This document shows, piece by piece, positions 1-7,764 of a stretch of 20,000 nt of DNA (within the stretch, counting starts at the first letter, position 1; every line of letters begins with the position of its first letter). The notes below the pieces were generated by a model that saw only the letters and a program-made list of their open reading frames with translations, was not told where the DNA came from and did no database searches. Source of the DNA: an uncultured virus (IMG/VR IMGVR_UViG_3300042006_000224). Its lineage: Duplodnaviria; Heunggongvirae; Uroviricota; Caudoviricetes; Schitoviridae. The position numbers and the translations under genes are program-made. The stretch lies in the IMG/VR virus record IMGVR_UViG_3300042006_000224. One strand, given 5' to 3'.

Positions 1-2
1 AC

Positions 3-611
3 TTCTACATCACCACTGACTTCGCGACTTCCGAGAAACAATCGGCGGATTTCAGCGTAATCTCGGTGTGGGCGTACAACTACAACGGTGATTGGTACTG
101 GGTAGACGGTATCTGCCGCCGGCAGGACATGTCGGCAAACCTGACTGACCTTTTCTCCTTGGTTTCGAAGTGGCGTCCTTTGGGTGTTGGTATTGAGGTA
201 TCTGGTCAGCAATCTGGTTTCATTCCTTGGATTCTGGACATGATGATCCAGAAGAACATCTTCTTCGTGCTGACTTCCGAGAACAACAGCACTAAGCCGG
301 GTATTCGACCGAATACCAACAAGATGCAGCGATTCAACACGGTTGTGCCCCTCTTCAAGCTGCACAAGATATATTTCCCCGAAGAGGAAAAGACCACGCC
401 GGTTATGATGGAGATGGTCAACGAATTGAGTCTTGCGTCGGCAAGCGGGTTCCGTTCGAAGAAAGACGACTTCATTGATACCATTTCAATGCTATCGGTC
501 ATGCGTCCGGTCGCGCCGACCTCTCAGGACATCGAGCAGCGCGAAGGCGGTGGAATGTGGGATGATGACTTCGCTCCGGAGCCCGGGGCACTGGCCAACT
601 ACTTAGCGTGA
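3..611 (+). CDS. terL: Terminase large subunit, C-terminal RNase H-like nuclease domain (5' truncated by window edge; N4 gp68-like)
   Basis: Frame is open from nt 3 and reads FYITTDFATSEKQSADFSVISVWAY...GVGIEVSGQQ...RSKKDDFIDTISML. This is the acidic-residue pattern of TerL nuclease domains. The track start at 66 is only an internal GTG. Confidence 0.9.
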   Translation, partial: FYITTDFATSEKQSADFSVISVWAYNYNGDWYWVDGICRRQDMSANLTDLFSLVSKWRPLGVGIEVSGQQSGFIPWILDMMIQKNIFFVLTSENNSTKPGIRPNTNKMQRFNTVVPLFKLHKIYFPEEEKTTPVMMEMVNELSLASASGFRSKKDDFIDTISMLSVMRPVAPTSQDIEQREGGGMWDDDFAPEPGALANYLA

Positions 612-618
612 GGCAACA

Positions 619-1284
619 ATGAAACTGTCCTATATTTTCAGCCAACTGGAAACCAGTGAGCTGAAACAACTGAGCTGTATCGATCCTGCCACCGGCAAGA
701 TCAAGGCTGAGCAGTACCAGGGTATCGTCGACGTGATGAACCAAGGGCTGGTCGACCTGCACACGCGCTTTGACCTGAAGATCGGCAAGGTCGAGGTACC
801 GATTGATCCACTGGTTTCGGTGTACGACATGACCGCGGTGGACCCGCAGGTGCGTGGCCGCTTCCTGCAACTGCACAAGGTGACCGATGAAGCCGGCCGT
901 GACCTGCAGGTCAACGCCTTCACCGATTACTCGCTGAGCTTCCGCAATCAGTACGTGTTTGAGGTGCCGGAGTATCTGCGTACGGTGCATCCGCTGGTGC
1001 GCGTGAATGTCCTGTACCGCTCGCTGCCGACCAAGATCGGTGACTGCTACGGCGATCTGGACCCGGAGCTGGTCGAGGTAGACCTGCCGATGGCCTACGT
1101 CTGGGCCCTGTGCCTGTATGTAGCCAGTCGATTGCACACACCAGTCGGTTTGCAGGATGGGACTTACCGAGTGAATGCGTTCCTCGGGCTGTTCAACGCC
1201 GAGTGCACTCGACTGGAGGAATTCGGTATGGATCTGGACTTCCAACGGGATCTGGGCCAACTCCAACGGGGAGGCTGGGCATAA
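619..1284 (+). CDS. Virion neck / head-to-tail adaptor protein (N4 gp67-like, DEV gp83-like), 221 aa
   Basis: GAGG at 610-613 precedes the ATG. It lies directly after terL, as in N4-like phages. It has an adaptor-like N-terminal helix (MNQGLVDLHTRF) and C-terminal ALCLYVASRLH. Function is assigned by synteny and recalled similarity. Confidence 0.7.
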   Translation: MKLSYIFSQLETSELKQLSCIDPATGKIKAEQYQGIVDVMNQGLVDLHTRFDLKIGKVEVPIDPLVSVYDMTAVDPQVRGRFLQLHKVTDEAGRDLQVNAFTDYSLSFRNQYVFEVPEYLRTVHPLVRVNVLYRSLPTKIGDCYGDLDPELVEVDLPMAYVWALCLYVASRLHTPVGLQDGTYRVNAFLGLFNAECTRLEEFGMDLDFQRDLGQLQRGGWA

Positions 1285-1287
1285 AGC

Positions 1288-1318
1288 AAAAAAGGGGCCG
1301 ATTGGCTCCTTTCTTTTT
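1288..1318. terminator. Bidirectional intrinsic terminator
   Basis: AAAAAAGGGGCC-GATT-GGCTCCTTTCTTTTT: GC stem with one G-U pair, an A-run before and a T-run after. It lies between convergent genes (adaptor on +, dUTPase operon on -). Confidence 0.85.
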
Positions 1319-1378
1319 GAATAGGTGGCGGGATTACGCTCCCGCCTGTTCGCTCCACTCTTCGCAGTGGCGCAGAAT

Positions 1379-1549
1379 TTAGTTTTGCCGCTTCATGTCG
1401 AGCCACGACAGTTCTTGTTCAAACAACTCTTCTTCTGGCATATCTTCTGGCATCCAGGCATCGCCATGTTGTGCGAGCTTCTCGGTGTTATATACGAGAA
1501 ATTGATCAAGTTCTGCTTTGCGTAGCGCAACATATTCCGTAAGGGTCAC
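1379..1549 (-). CDS. Small acidic hypothetical protein, 56 aa (MTLTEYVALRKAELDQFLVYNTEKLAQHGDAWMPEDMPEEELFEQELSWLDMKRQN); not in ORF track
   Basis: The GTG start overlaps the dUTPase TGA (GTGA, translational coupling). GGGAG RBS lies 9 nt upstream, and the TAA is at 1381-1379. It is followed by hairpins and a terminator. Confidence 0.75.
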   Translation of the reverse strand: MTLTEYVALRKAELDQFLVYNTEKLAQHGDAWMPEDMPEEELFEQELSWLDMKRQN

Positions 1550-1971
1550 TTACCGGTGCTCCCGAAGCCACCCGCACCGCGCGTGCTGGAATGGGTGAAC
1601 TCGCTGACAAATTGCAGCTCTGGTGTCGATACCGGCACAACAACGAACTGAAACAGGCGCTCGCCTGCTGCCCACTGCACATAATCCCCGGAACGTCCTT
1701 GAACGTTCACCTTCCATTCGCCTTCGTAATCGGAATCGATAACGCCACAGGTATTGCCCAGGCGGATACCCGATTTCACGCCTGCACCCGAGCGCGGCAG
1801 AATAAGGGCAACATGTCCGGCCGGAACCTTGGCTGCGAAGCCAAGTCCCTGCAATTCTGCATTACCGCTCACGGATGTACCGGCTTTAGGCATATACAGG
1901 TCATAACCCGCAGCACCTTCCGTTCCGCGAGTTGGTGTGATCAAATCCGGGTGAAGTTTGATGATTTCCAC
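1546..1971 (-). CDS. dut: Trimeric dUTPase, 141 aa
   Basis: All five dUTPase motifs are present: AAGYDL, PRSG, GVIDSDYEGE, GERLFQ, RGAGGFGSTG. Start revised to the GTG at 1971 (AAAGGGA upstream), because the track's longer start overlaps the portal gene. Confidence 0.95.
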   Translation of the reverse strand: MEIIKLHPDLITPTRGTEGAAGYDLYMPKAGTSVSGNAELQGLGFAAKVPAGHVALILPRSGAGVKSGIRLGNTCGVIDSDYEGEWKVNVQGRSGDYVQWAAGERLFQFVVVPVSTPELQFVSEFTHSSTRGAGGFGSTGK

Positions 1972-1977
1972 TATGAT
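1972..1977 (+). promoter_or_regulatory. Candidate -10 element (TATGAT) for a late promoter driving the portal operon
   Basis: TATGAT lies about 20 nt upstream of the AGGAG RBS (1996-2000). There is no convincing -35. A promoter is needed here because a terminator at 1288-1318 closes the upstream + transcript. Confidence 0.3.
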
Positions 1978-2008
1978 GCTTCCCTTTACTGGTTTAGGAG
2001 ATGTGCCA

Positions 2009-4162
2009 ATGGCACTTGATGAACAACAACCGCTCGTTACTAAGAACGAGCATAGCTTAACGGATTGGTCGAAAGAACCAACCCTTTCTGAGCTGAAGGC
2101 TGACGTTGAGGGCTCGAACAACTCCCATAACGCACAGGTTCAGCAAATTGACACTTGGCTGGACTTTCTCCATACCAAAGGTGCTGGTGCCGCGCCGAAG
2201 ATTAAAAACAAGTCGCAGGTGCAGCCAAAGACGATTCGGCAGCAGGCAGAGTGGCGATATGCATCGCTATCCGAACCGTTCCTGTCGTCTTCTGACATCT
2301 TCGAACTGAAGCCAGTGACCTGGGAAGACCGCAACGCGGCGATCCAGAATGGCCTGTTGCTCAACAACCAGTTGAACACCCGCATCGACAAGCAGCATTT
2401 GGTCGACACGATGGTGCGCTGCGCCGTGGATACCGGGGTGGCTTTCCTCAAGGTGGGCTGGAAGCGTGAGACGAAGATGTCGAAGCGCATGGTTCCGCAG
2501 TACGAGTTGACCTCGAACCCGGAATACCTGCCAATCATGCAGGAACTCGACGCACTCAAGGCCGAATCCCCCTCGCAGTATTACGAAGTGGACGAAGGCT
2601 ACCGTCTTGCACACGAAACCTACGAAACCGACGGTATTCCGTACGCTCCGTTCCAAGTTGGGATGATCGAAGAAGAATTCGAAGAAGTTCTGGCGAACCA
2701 TCCCACTTTGGAAGTGGTATCGCACAAGAACGTTATCGTCGACCCTTCCTGCAACGGTGTGTTGGAAAACGCCGGGTTCGTGGTGCACAAGTTCCTGTCC
2801 AGTCAGGCTGATCTGAAAAAGGACGGTCGTTACAAGAACCTCGACAAGATCAAAGCAGACCAGTCGAATCCATTGTCCGAGCCTGACTATGCGGTGAATG
2901 CGAAGGATAAGACCTTCAACTTCGCAGACAAGGCGCGAACCAAGTTCGTGGTGTACGAATACTGGGGCTTCCGCGATGTTCACGGTAAAGGTGATCTGAC
3001 TCCGTTTGTTGCAGCCTGGGCCGGCGATGTGCTGATCCGGATGGAAGAGAATCCGTTCCCAGACAATGCAATTCCGTTTGTGGCGATCCCTTACCTGCCG
3101 GTGTTCGAATCGGTCTATGGCGAGAGCGATGGCTCGCTACTGATCGAAAACCAGAAGACGATCGGTGCAGTTCAGCGCGGAATGATTGATGTGCTGGCCA
3201 AGTCGGCCAACGGCCAGACTGGTATCGCAAAAGGTGCACTCGATGCGGTGAACCAGCGCAAGTTCGAAGAAGGGCGGGACTACCAGTTCAACCCGGGCAA
3301 CGACCCGCGTACGGCGATCCATACCCACACCTTCCAAGAGCTGCCGACCTCGGCGTGGCAGATGGTGCAGAGTCAGAACCAACAAGCGGAGGCCATGACC
3401 GGGGTACAGGCTTTCTCTGCTGGTTTGAGCGGTTCGTCTCTGGGTGATACGGCAACTGGTGTGCGTGGTGCGCTTGACGCTGCATCCAAGCGTGAATTGG
3501 GCATTCTACGGCGTATGGCCGCAGGTGTGGTCAAAGCAGGGCGCAAGATCATCGCCATGAACGCTGTGTTCTTGGAAGACCGTGAGGTGATCCGGGTTAC
3601 CAATCAATCGTTCGTGGACATCCGCCGCGACGACTTGCCAGGTAACTTCGACATCAGTCTGGCGATCTCGACTGCCGAAGAGGACAACGCCAAGGCGCAA
3701 GAGCTGTCGTTCATGCTGCAAACGGTAGGGCCGAACGCAGGTTGGGGCGTGACTTCGCTGATCCTGGCTGATATCGCCCGTCTGCGTAAAATGCCGGACT
3801 TGGCAAAGAAGATTGCGGACTACCAGCCAGAGCCGGACCCAATCGCACAAGCCAAGGCACAACTGGAAGTTGCACTGCTGCAAGCACAGATCGCGACCGA
3901 ACAAGCGAAGGCCGCGCACTATGCAACCGGCGCACAACTCGCTTCTGTGAAACAAGGCACTGAAGTTGCGAAAGCCAACGCATTGAATGCAAGCGCTGAC
4001 AAAACTAACCTCGACTTCCTTGAACAAGAGTCTGGTGTAGCACAAGAGCGCAACTTGCAGTCTCTTGACCGTCAAGCAGAAGGTCAGGCACGATTGCAGG
4101 CAGTTCAGTCGGTTATCCGTCAACAAGAGGCCAGCCAAATGAATAAACCTAGCGCAACGTAA
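2009..4162 (+). CDS. Portal protein (N4 gp59-like, DEV gp80-like), 717 aa
   Basis: AGGAG at 1996-2000 supports the ATG at 2009. N4-type portal features include LTDWSKEPTL, YEYWG and ENPFPD...PFV. The long C-terminal Ala/Gln coiled coil fits a barrel domain. It lies upstream of the scaffold and capsid genes. Confidence 0.92.
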   Translation: MALDEQQPLVTKNEHSLTDWSKEPTLSELKADVEGSNNSHNAQVQQIDTWLDFLHTKGAGAAPKIKNKSQVQPKTIRQQAEWRYASLSEPFLSSSDIFELKPVTWEDRNAAIQNGLLLNNQLNTRIDKQHLVDTMVRCAVDTGVAFLKVGWKRETKMSKRMVPQYELTSNPEYLPIMQELDALKAESPSQYYEVDEGYRLAHETYETDGIPYAPFQVGMIEEEFEEVLANHPTLEVVSHKNVIVDPSCNGVLENAGFVVHKFLSSQADLKKDGRYKNLDKIKADQSNPLSEPDYAVNAKDKTFNFADKARTKFVVYEYWGFRDVHGKGDLTPFVAAWAGDVLIRMEENPFPDNAIPFVAIPYLPVFESVYGESDGSLLIENQKTIGAVQRGMIDVLAKSANGQTGIAKGALDAVNQRKFEEGRDYQFNPGNDPRTAIHTHTFQELPTSAWQMVQSQNQQAEAMTGVQAFSAGLSGSSLGDTATGVRGALDAASKRELGILRRMAAGVVKAGRKIIAMNAVFLEDREVIRVTNQSFVDIRRDDLPGNFDISLAISTAEEDNAKAQELSFMLQTVGPNAGWGVTSLILADIARLRKMPDLAKKIADYQPEPDPIAQAKAQLEVALLQAQIATEQAKAAHYATGAQLASVKQGTEVAKANALNASADKTNLDFLEQESGVAQERNLQSLDRQAEGQARLQAVQSVIRQQEASQMNKPSAT

Positions 4163-4180
4163 CGACAATCGGTAATATGC

Positions 4181-4200
4181 GGGACTTCTCACGAAGTCCC
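4181..4200. other. Perfect 8-bp intergenic hairpin (weak terminator, or RNA processing/stability element)
   Basis: GGGACTTC-TCAC-GAAGTCCC lies between the portal stop and the AAGGAG RBS of the next gene. It has no proper U-tract on either strand. Confidence 0.55.
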
Positions 4201-4227
4201 CTCTAATTTCTCCAAGGAGCACCCCAA

Positions 4228-4569
4228 ATGGGCAATGCCGTTAAACAAATCGAAATCACCATCGAACAATGCAAAGAAGTCATTGAACGCGGCAAAGCGC
4301 TCAATCGTTTGCTGGAAAACCCCGATTTCAGTTCGCTTATCATGAAAGGTTACATGGAGCGCGAGTCGCACCGTCTGACCCTGCTGCTGGCCGATCCTTC
4401 CTGCGAAACTCCGCAAGCCCGCGAGAATATCGTGCGTGACCTGTCTGCCATTGCGCAATTGAACGCGCACTTCCGCACTATCCGCACTGCGGCTGAAGTT
4501 GCTCAGCGCACCCTGGTCGAACACGAAGAGTTGCTGCAAGAAGAACTCGTCGCAGACTTGGAGGCTTAA
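4228..4569 (+). CDS. Conserved small helical protein between portal and scaffold (N4 gp58-like), 113 aa
   Basis: AAGGAG RBS. The sequence ALNRLLENPDFSSLIMKGY is of the kind seen in post-portal proteins of N4-like phages. Supported by synteny. Confidence 0.75.
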   Translation: MGNAVKQIEITIEQCKEVIERGKALNRLLENPDFSSLIMKGYMERESHRLTLLLADPSCETPQARENIVRDLSAIAQLNAHFRTIRTAAEVAQRTLVEHEELLQEELVADLEA

Positions 4570-4572
4570 GCC

Positions 4573-5760
4573 ATGTCTTCTGACTTCCTGACGATGTCCG
4601 ATGCTGACTTCATGGCGCAAGGCGCTGGCAAGTTGGCTGAAGTTCAAGCGGCTGCCCAAACCAGCACCCCTGACGCAACTACTCCCGATAACGTGGAGAC
4701 TTCCAATGCCGACGCCACCGCTGCTGCCGAAGCACTTGCCGCTGGAACTGATACTGCTCCCGATACAACTGCTACCCCGGAAACAGACGAAGAAGGCGAA
4801 ACGCAGAACGAAGGGGGCGAGCAGGAAGAAGGCGGCGAACTTGGTGACGGAACTGACGAAACGAATCCGGCGCAGCCAGAACTGGGCGCTGATGGTCAAC
4901 CAGTCACCAAACCAGAAGTAAAGAAGGCAGAAGTCTCCACTTCTGATACTGGTTTGCCGGAAGGCGCTGAACGCATCTTCGCAACCTTCCGTGCGAACGG
5001 TCGCGACATGCAAGTGAAGTCTGTGGACGAAGCAATCCGTCTTATGCAGATGGGTGCCAACTATTCGCAGAAACAGGCTGTTGCCAAGAAAGATCGCGCA
5101 TATGTGAAAGTTCTTGAGCAGAACGGCTTACTTGACCATGAAAAGTTGGCGTTTGCTGTTGACTTGATGGCCGGAAAGCCCGAAGCTATCGGCAAGTTGC
5201 TGAAAGACTCCAAGATTGACGTTCACGACATCGATGATGACAAAGTTGCAGCATACCGCGCAGAATCTCGCGCACCGAGTGCAGCATCTCTGGACCTCGA
5301 CGAAGTTGTAGCAGAAATCGAAGGTACTGCTCACTTCACTCGCCTTGTAGGCGAAATGAAGACTTGGGATCAAAAGTCCCAGGCATTGTTGGGCAGTCAC
5401 CCGCAAGCGCTGAAACAGCTCACTGAGCAGATGGAATCCGGCGTTTACGACAAGATCATGGACGAAGTCAATCGGCAACAGGTATTGGGGGCGATGACAG
5501 GTGTGCCGGTAATGCAGGCATACAACGAGATCGGTCAGAAGATGGCCGAAGCTGGTGCTTTCAACGCCCCGGCTCCGAAGGGTCCAGTAAAGAAGCTGGT
5601 CACTCCGGGCAAAAAGACTTCGCCGGCTACGAAGGCCGATGAGGAACGCCGTCGCGCTGCTGCCCCATCGAAGGGTGCAACGACTGCAACACAAGAAGCG
5701 AAGAAACCTGACTTCCTCTCGATGAGCGATGCAGAGTTCTTGAAGCAATCCAAACCGTAA
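4573..5760 (+). CDS. Probable capsid scaffolding protein (N4 gp57-like, often annotated as tape measure), 395 aa
   Basis: GGAGG RBS within the end of the previous gene. It has an acidic low-complexity N-terminal region, a conserved-looking FRANGRDMQVKSVDEAIRLMQMGANY core and a basic Pro/Ala C-terminal linker. It lies immediately upstream of the major capsid gene. Confidence 0.7.
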   Translation: MSSDFLTMSDADFMAQGAGKLAEVQAAAQTSTPDATTPDNVETSNADATAAAEALAAGTDTAPDTTATPETDEEGETQNEGGEQEEGGELGDGTDETNPAQPELGADGQPVTKPEVKKAEVSTSDTGLPEGAERIFATFRANGRDMQVKSVDEAIRLMQMGANYSQKQAVAKKDRAYVKVLEQNGLLDHEKLAFAVDLMAGKPEAIGKLLKDSKIDVHDIDDDKVAAYRAESRAPSAASLDLDEVVAEIEGTAHFTRLVGEMKTWDQKSQALLGSHPQALKQLTEQMESGVYDKIMDEVNRQQVLGAMTGVPVMQAYNEIGQKMAEAGAFNAPAPKGPVKKLVTPGKKTSPATKADEERRRAAAPSKGATTATQEAKKPDFLSMSDAEFLKQSKP

Positions 5761-5775
5761 TAAGGAAAACCCGCG

Positions 5776-6960
5776 ATGGCAGCTCCAAATACTTACACTC
5801 CGGCTTCGTATAATGCCCCACCGGGCACACCGTCCAGCATCGGCCCACAGGCCTATGAAGAGTATCACCAGAAACAAGCGCTGATCGAAGCGCGTAAGGA
5901 ACAGTTCTTCACCCAACTGGCCGACGTTACCGTCATGCCGAAAAACATGGGCAAGAAGATCACCAAGTTCCACTACATCCCACTGCTCGACGACCGCAAC
6001 GTCAACGACCAGGGTATCGATGCCAACGGCGCAACCATTGCCAACGGCAACCTGTACGGCTCCAGCAAGGACATCGGTGTCATTACCGGTAAGCTGCCAG
6101 CTCTGACCGAACACGGTGGCCGCGTTAACCGCGTTGGTTTCACCCGTATCGAACTGGAAGGCACGCTGGAAAAATTCGGCTTCTACGAAGAATTCACCCA
6201 GGAATCCCTGGACTTCGACAGCGACGCCGAGCTGGACATGCACATCACCCGTGAAATGGTGAACGGCGCTCACCAGATGTCCGAAGCTGCTCTGCAGATC
6301 GACATCCTGAACGCTGCCGGTGTAATTCGTTACGCTGGTGATGCAACCTCCAACGTTACCCTGAACAGCGGCGACGTTGTTACTTACGACGACCTGTTGC
6401 GTCTGGGTATCCAACTGACCAACAACCGTACTCCGCGTACCATTACGCAGATCAACGGTACCCGTCTGACCGACACCCGTACCATTCCGGGCGCACGTCC
6501 ACTGCACTGCGGCTCCGAGTTGATCCCAACTCTGAAAGGCATGAAGGACATGCACAACAACCCTGCATTCATCTCGGTCGAGAAGTATGCGGCTGGCGGT
6601 GAAACCCTGATCGGCGAAATCGGCCAGATCGATGAGTTCCGTATCATCATCGTGCCGGAAATGCTGAAGTGGTCTGGTGGTGGCGCTCTGGTCACCGACG
6701 CGCTGTATCACGACAACGGCACCAACTACGACGTGTTCCCAATGCTCTGCATCGGCGACGGTTCGTTTACCACCATTGGTTTCCAAACCGACGGTAAATC
6801 GGTGAAGTTCAAGATCATCAAGAAGCTTCCGGGCGTTGAAACTGCGGATCGCCTGGACCCGTACGGCGAAATGGGCTTCATGGCCATCAAGTGGTACTAC
6901 GGCTTCATGACTCTGCGTTCCGAGCGCATTGGTCTGATCAAGACCCTTGCCCTGCTGTAA
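5776..6960 (+). CDS. Major capsid protein (N4 gp56 family), 394 aa
   Basis: TAAGGA RBS. N4-gp56-type motifs: YIPLLDDRNVNDQGIDANG, GNLYGSSKDIG, GGRVNRVGFTR, DPYGEMGFMAIKWYYG. Strong codon bias, and followed by a terminator. Confidence 0.95.
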   Translation: MAAPNTYTPASYNAPPGTPSSIGPQAYEEYHQKQALIEARKEQFFTQLADVTVMPKNMGKKITKFHYIPLLDDRNVNDQGIDANGATIANGNLYGSSKDIGVITGKLPALTEHGGRVNRVGFTRIELEGTLEKFGFYEEFTQESLDFDSDAELDMHITREMVNGAHQMSEAALQIDILNAAGVIRYAGDATSNVTLNSGDVVTYDDLLRLGIQLTNNRTPRTITQINGTRLTDTRTIPGARPLHCGSELIPTLKGMKDMHNNPAFISVEKYAAGGETLIGEIGQIDEFRIIIVPEMLKWSGGGALVTDALYHDNGTNYDVFPMLCIGDGSFTTIGFQTDGKSVKFKIIKKLPGVETADRLDPYGEMGFMAIKWYYGFMTLRSERIGLIKTLALL

Positions 6961-6980
6961 CGGCAACTGCAATACCATTT

Positions 6981-7002
6981 GGGGAGCTTCGGCTCCCCTT
7001 TT
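6981..7002 (+). terminator. Intrinsic terminator after the major capsid gene
   Basis: GGGGAGC-TTCG-GCTCCCC-TTTT: 7-bp stem, C(UUCG)G tetraloop and a short U-tract. Confidence 0.9.
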
Positions 7003-7035
7003 GGGTACAACTCGCACCGTTTCCGGAGAAACGCA

Positions 7036-7758
7036 ATGTCTGATGACCAAGCTGTACCTGATGAACTCGAATCTCTCAAAGCCCGAGCTACTAAGCTGGG
7101 GATTACTATTGACGGTCGCTGGGGCGTAGAAAAGCTCCGCGAAGTCGTGAACGCCGCAATCCAAGGTGATAAGCCAGTGACTGAACCAACTACCGCCCCT
7201 GCTCCACAACCGGCTCCAGCTACAGTAGCTGCGCCAGCTCCCGCGGTTAAAGCGGTCGAGCAAGCACCCGCTGTCGTGAAAGAAGCGCCGGTCGAGAACG
7301 AAATCAAATCCCCGGTCGAAGTCACCAAGATGCCTTCGCTGGCTGACGCCATGAAAGAAGTTCCGGTGGATGCTGGCCCGGAAACCGAAGGCCAGAAGAA
7401 GAACCGTCTGCGCCGTGAAGCGATGGCCCTGGTGCGTGTGCGTGTGTCCTGCATGGACCCACAGAAGAAGAACCTCAAGGGCGAATTGCTCTGCGTATCG
7501 AACCGTAACTTCGGTACTGTGCAGCGTTTCATTCCATTCAACCGTGAATGGCACATCGAGAAGGTGCTGTACGACGCGATGATGGAAAAGGAATACATGG
7601 TGTTCGACCGTGAGAAGACCGGCCGTGCTGGCATCGAAGTCGTGACCCCGCGTAACGTCCCGGCGTTCAACATTCAGGTTCTGCCACCACTGACCAAGGG
7701 TGAGCTGAAAGATCTGGCTCAGCGTCAAGCCATGGCCGACGGTACCCGTCAGGAGTAA
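7036..7758 (+). CDS. N4 gp55-like protein (DEV gp76-like), 240 aa; N-terminal helix-extension-helix-like module, Pro/Ala linker, conserved C-terminal domain
   Basis: GGAG at 7025-7028 supports the ATG at 7036; the track start at 6979 runs through the terminator. C-terminal LVRVRVSCMDP...FNIQVLPPLTKGELKDLAQRQ. Supported by synteny. Confidence 0.75.
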   Translation: MSDDQAVPDELESLKARATKLGITIDGRWGVEKLREVVNAAIQGDKPVTEPTTAPAPQPAPATVAAPAPAVKAVEQAPAVVKEAPVENEIKSPVEVTKMPSLADAMKEVPVDAGPETEGQKKNRLRREAMALVRVRVSCMDPQKKNLKGELLCVSNRNFGTVQRFIPFNREWHIEKVLYDAMMEKEYMVFDREKTGRAGIEVVTPRNVPAFNIQVLPPLTKGELKDLAQRQAMADGTRQE

Positions 7759-7764
7759 TAACGT

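Noticed and set aside
1323..1378. tRNA-like look of the GGCGGGAGCGTAATCCCGCC arm on the minus strand
   Set aside because: There is no TTCGA T-loop, acceptor stem or cloverleaf, and the region is too short. It is kept only as an unexplained hairpin pair.
1325..1533. 66-aa + ORF (1325-1525) and a Cys-rich minus ORF from the ATG at 1533
   Set aside because: Neither has a convincing RBS. The 1549..1379 frame has an RBS, stop-start coupling with dut and a more plausible composition.
1958..2121. Apparent overlap of the portal (track start 1958) and dUTPase (track start 2121)
   Set aside because: RBS-supported starts at 2009 (+) and 1971 (-) remove the overlap. The extensions are artefacts of choosing the longest ORF.
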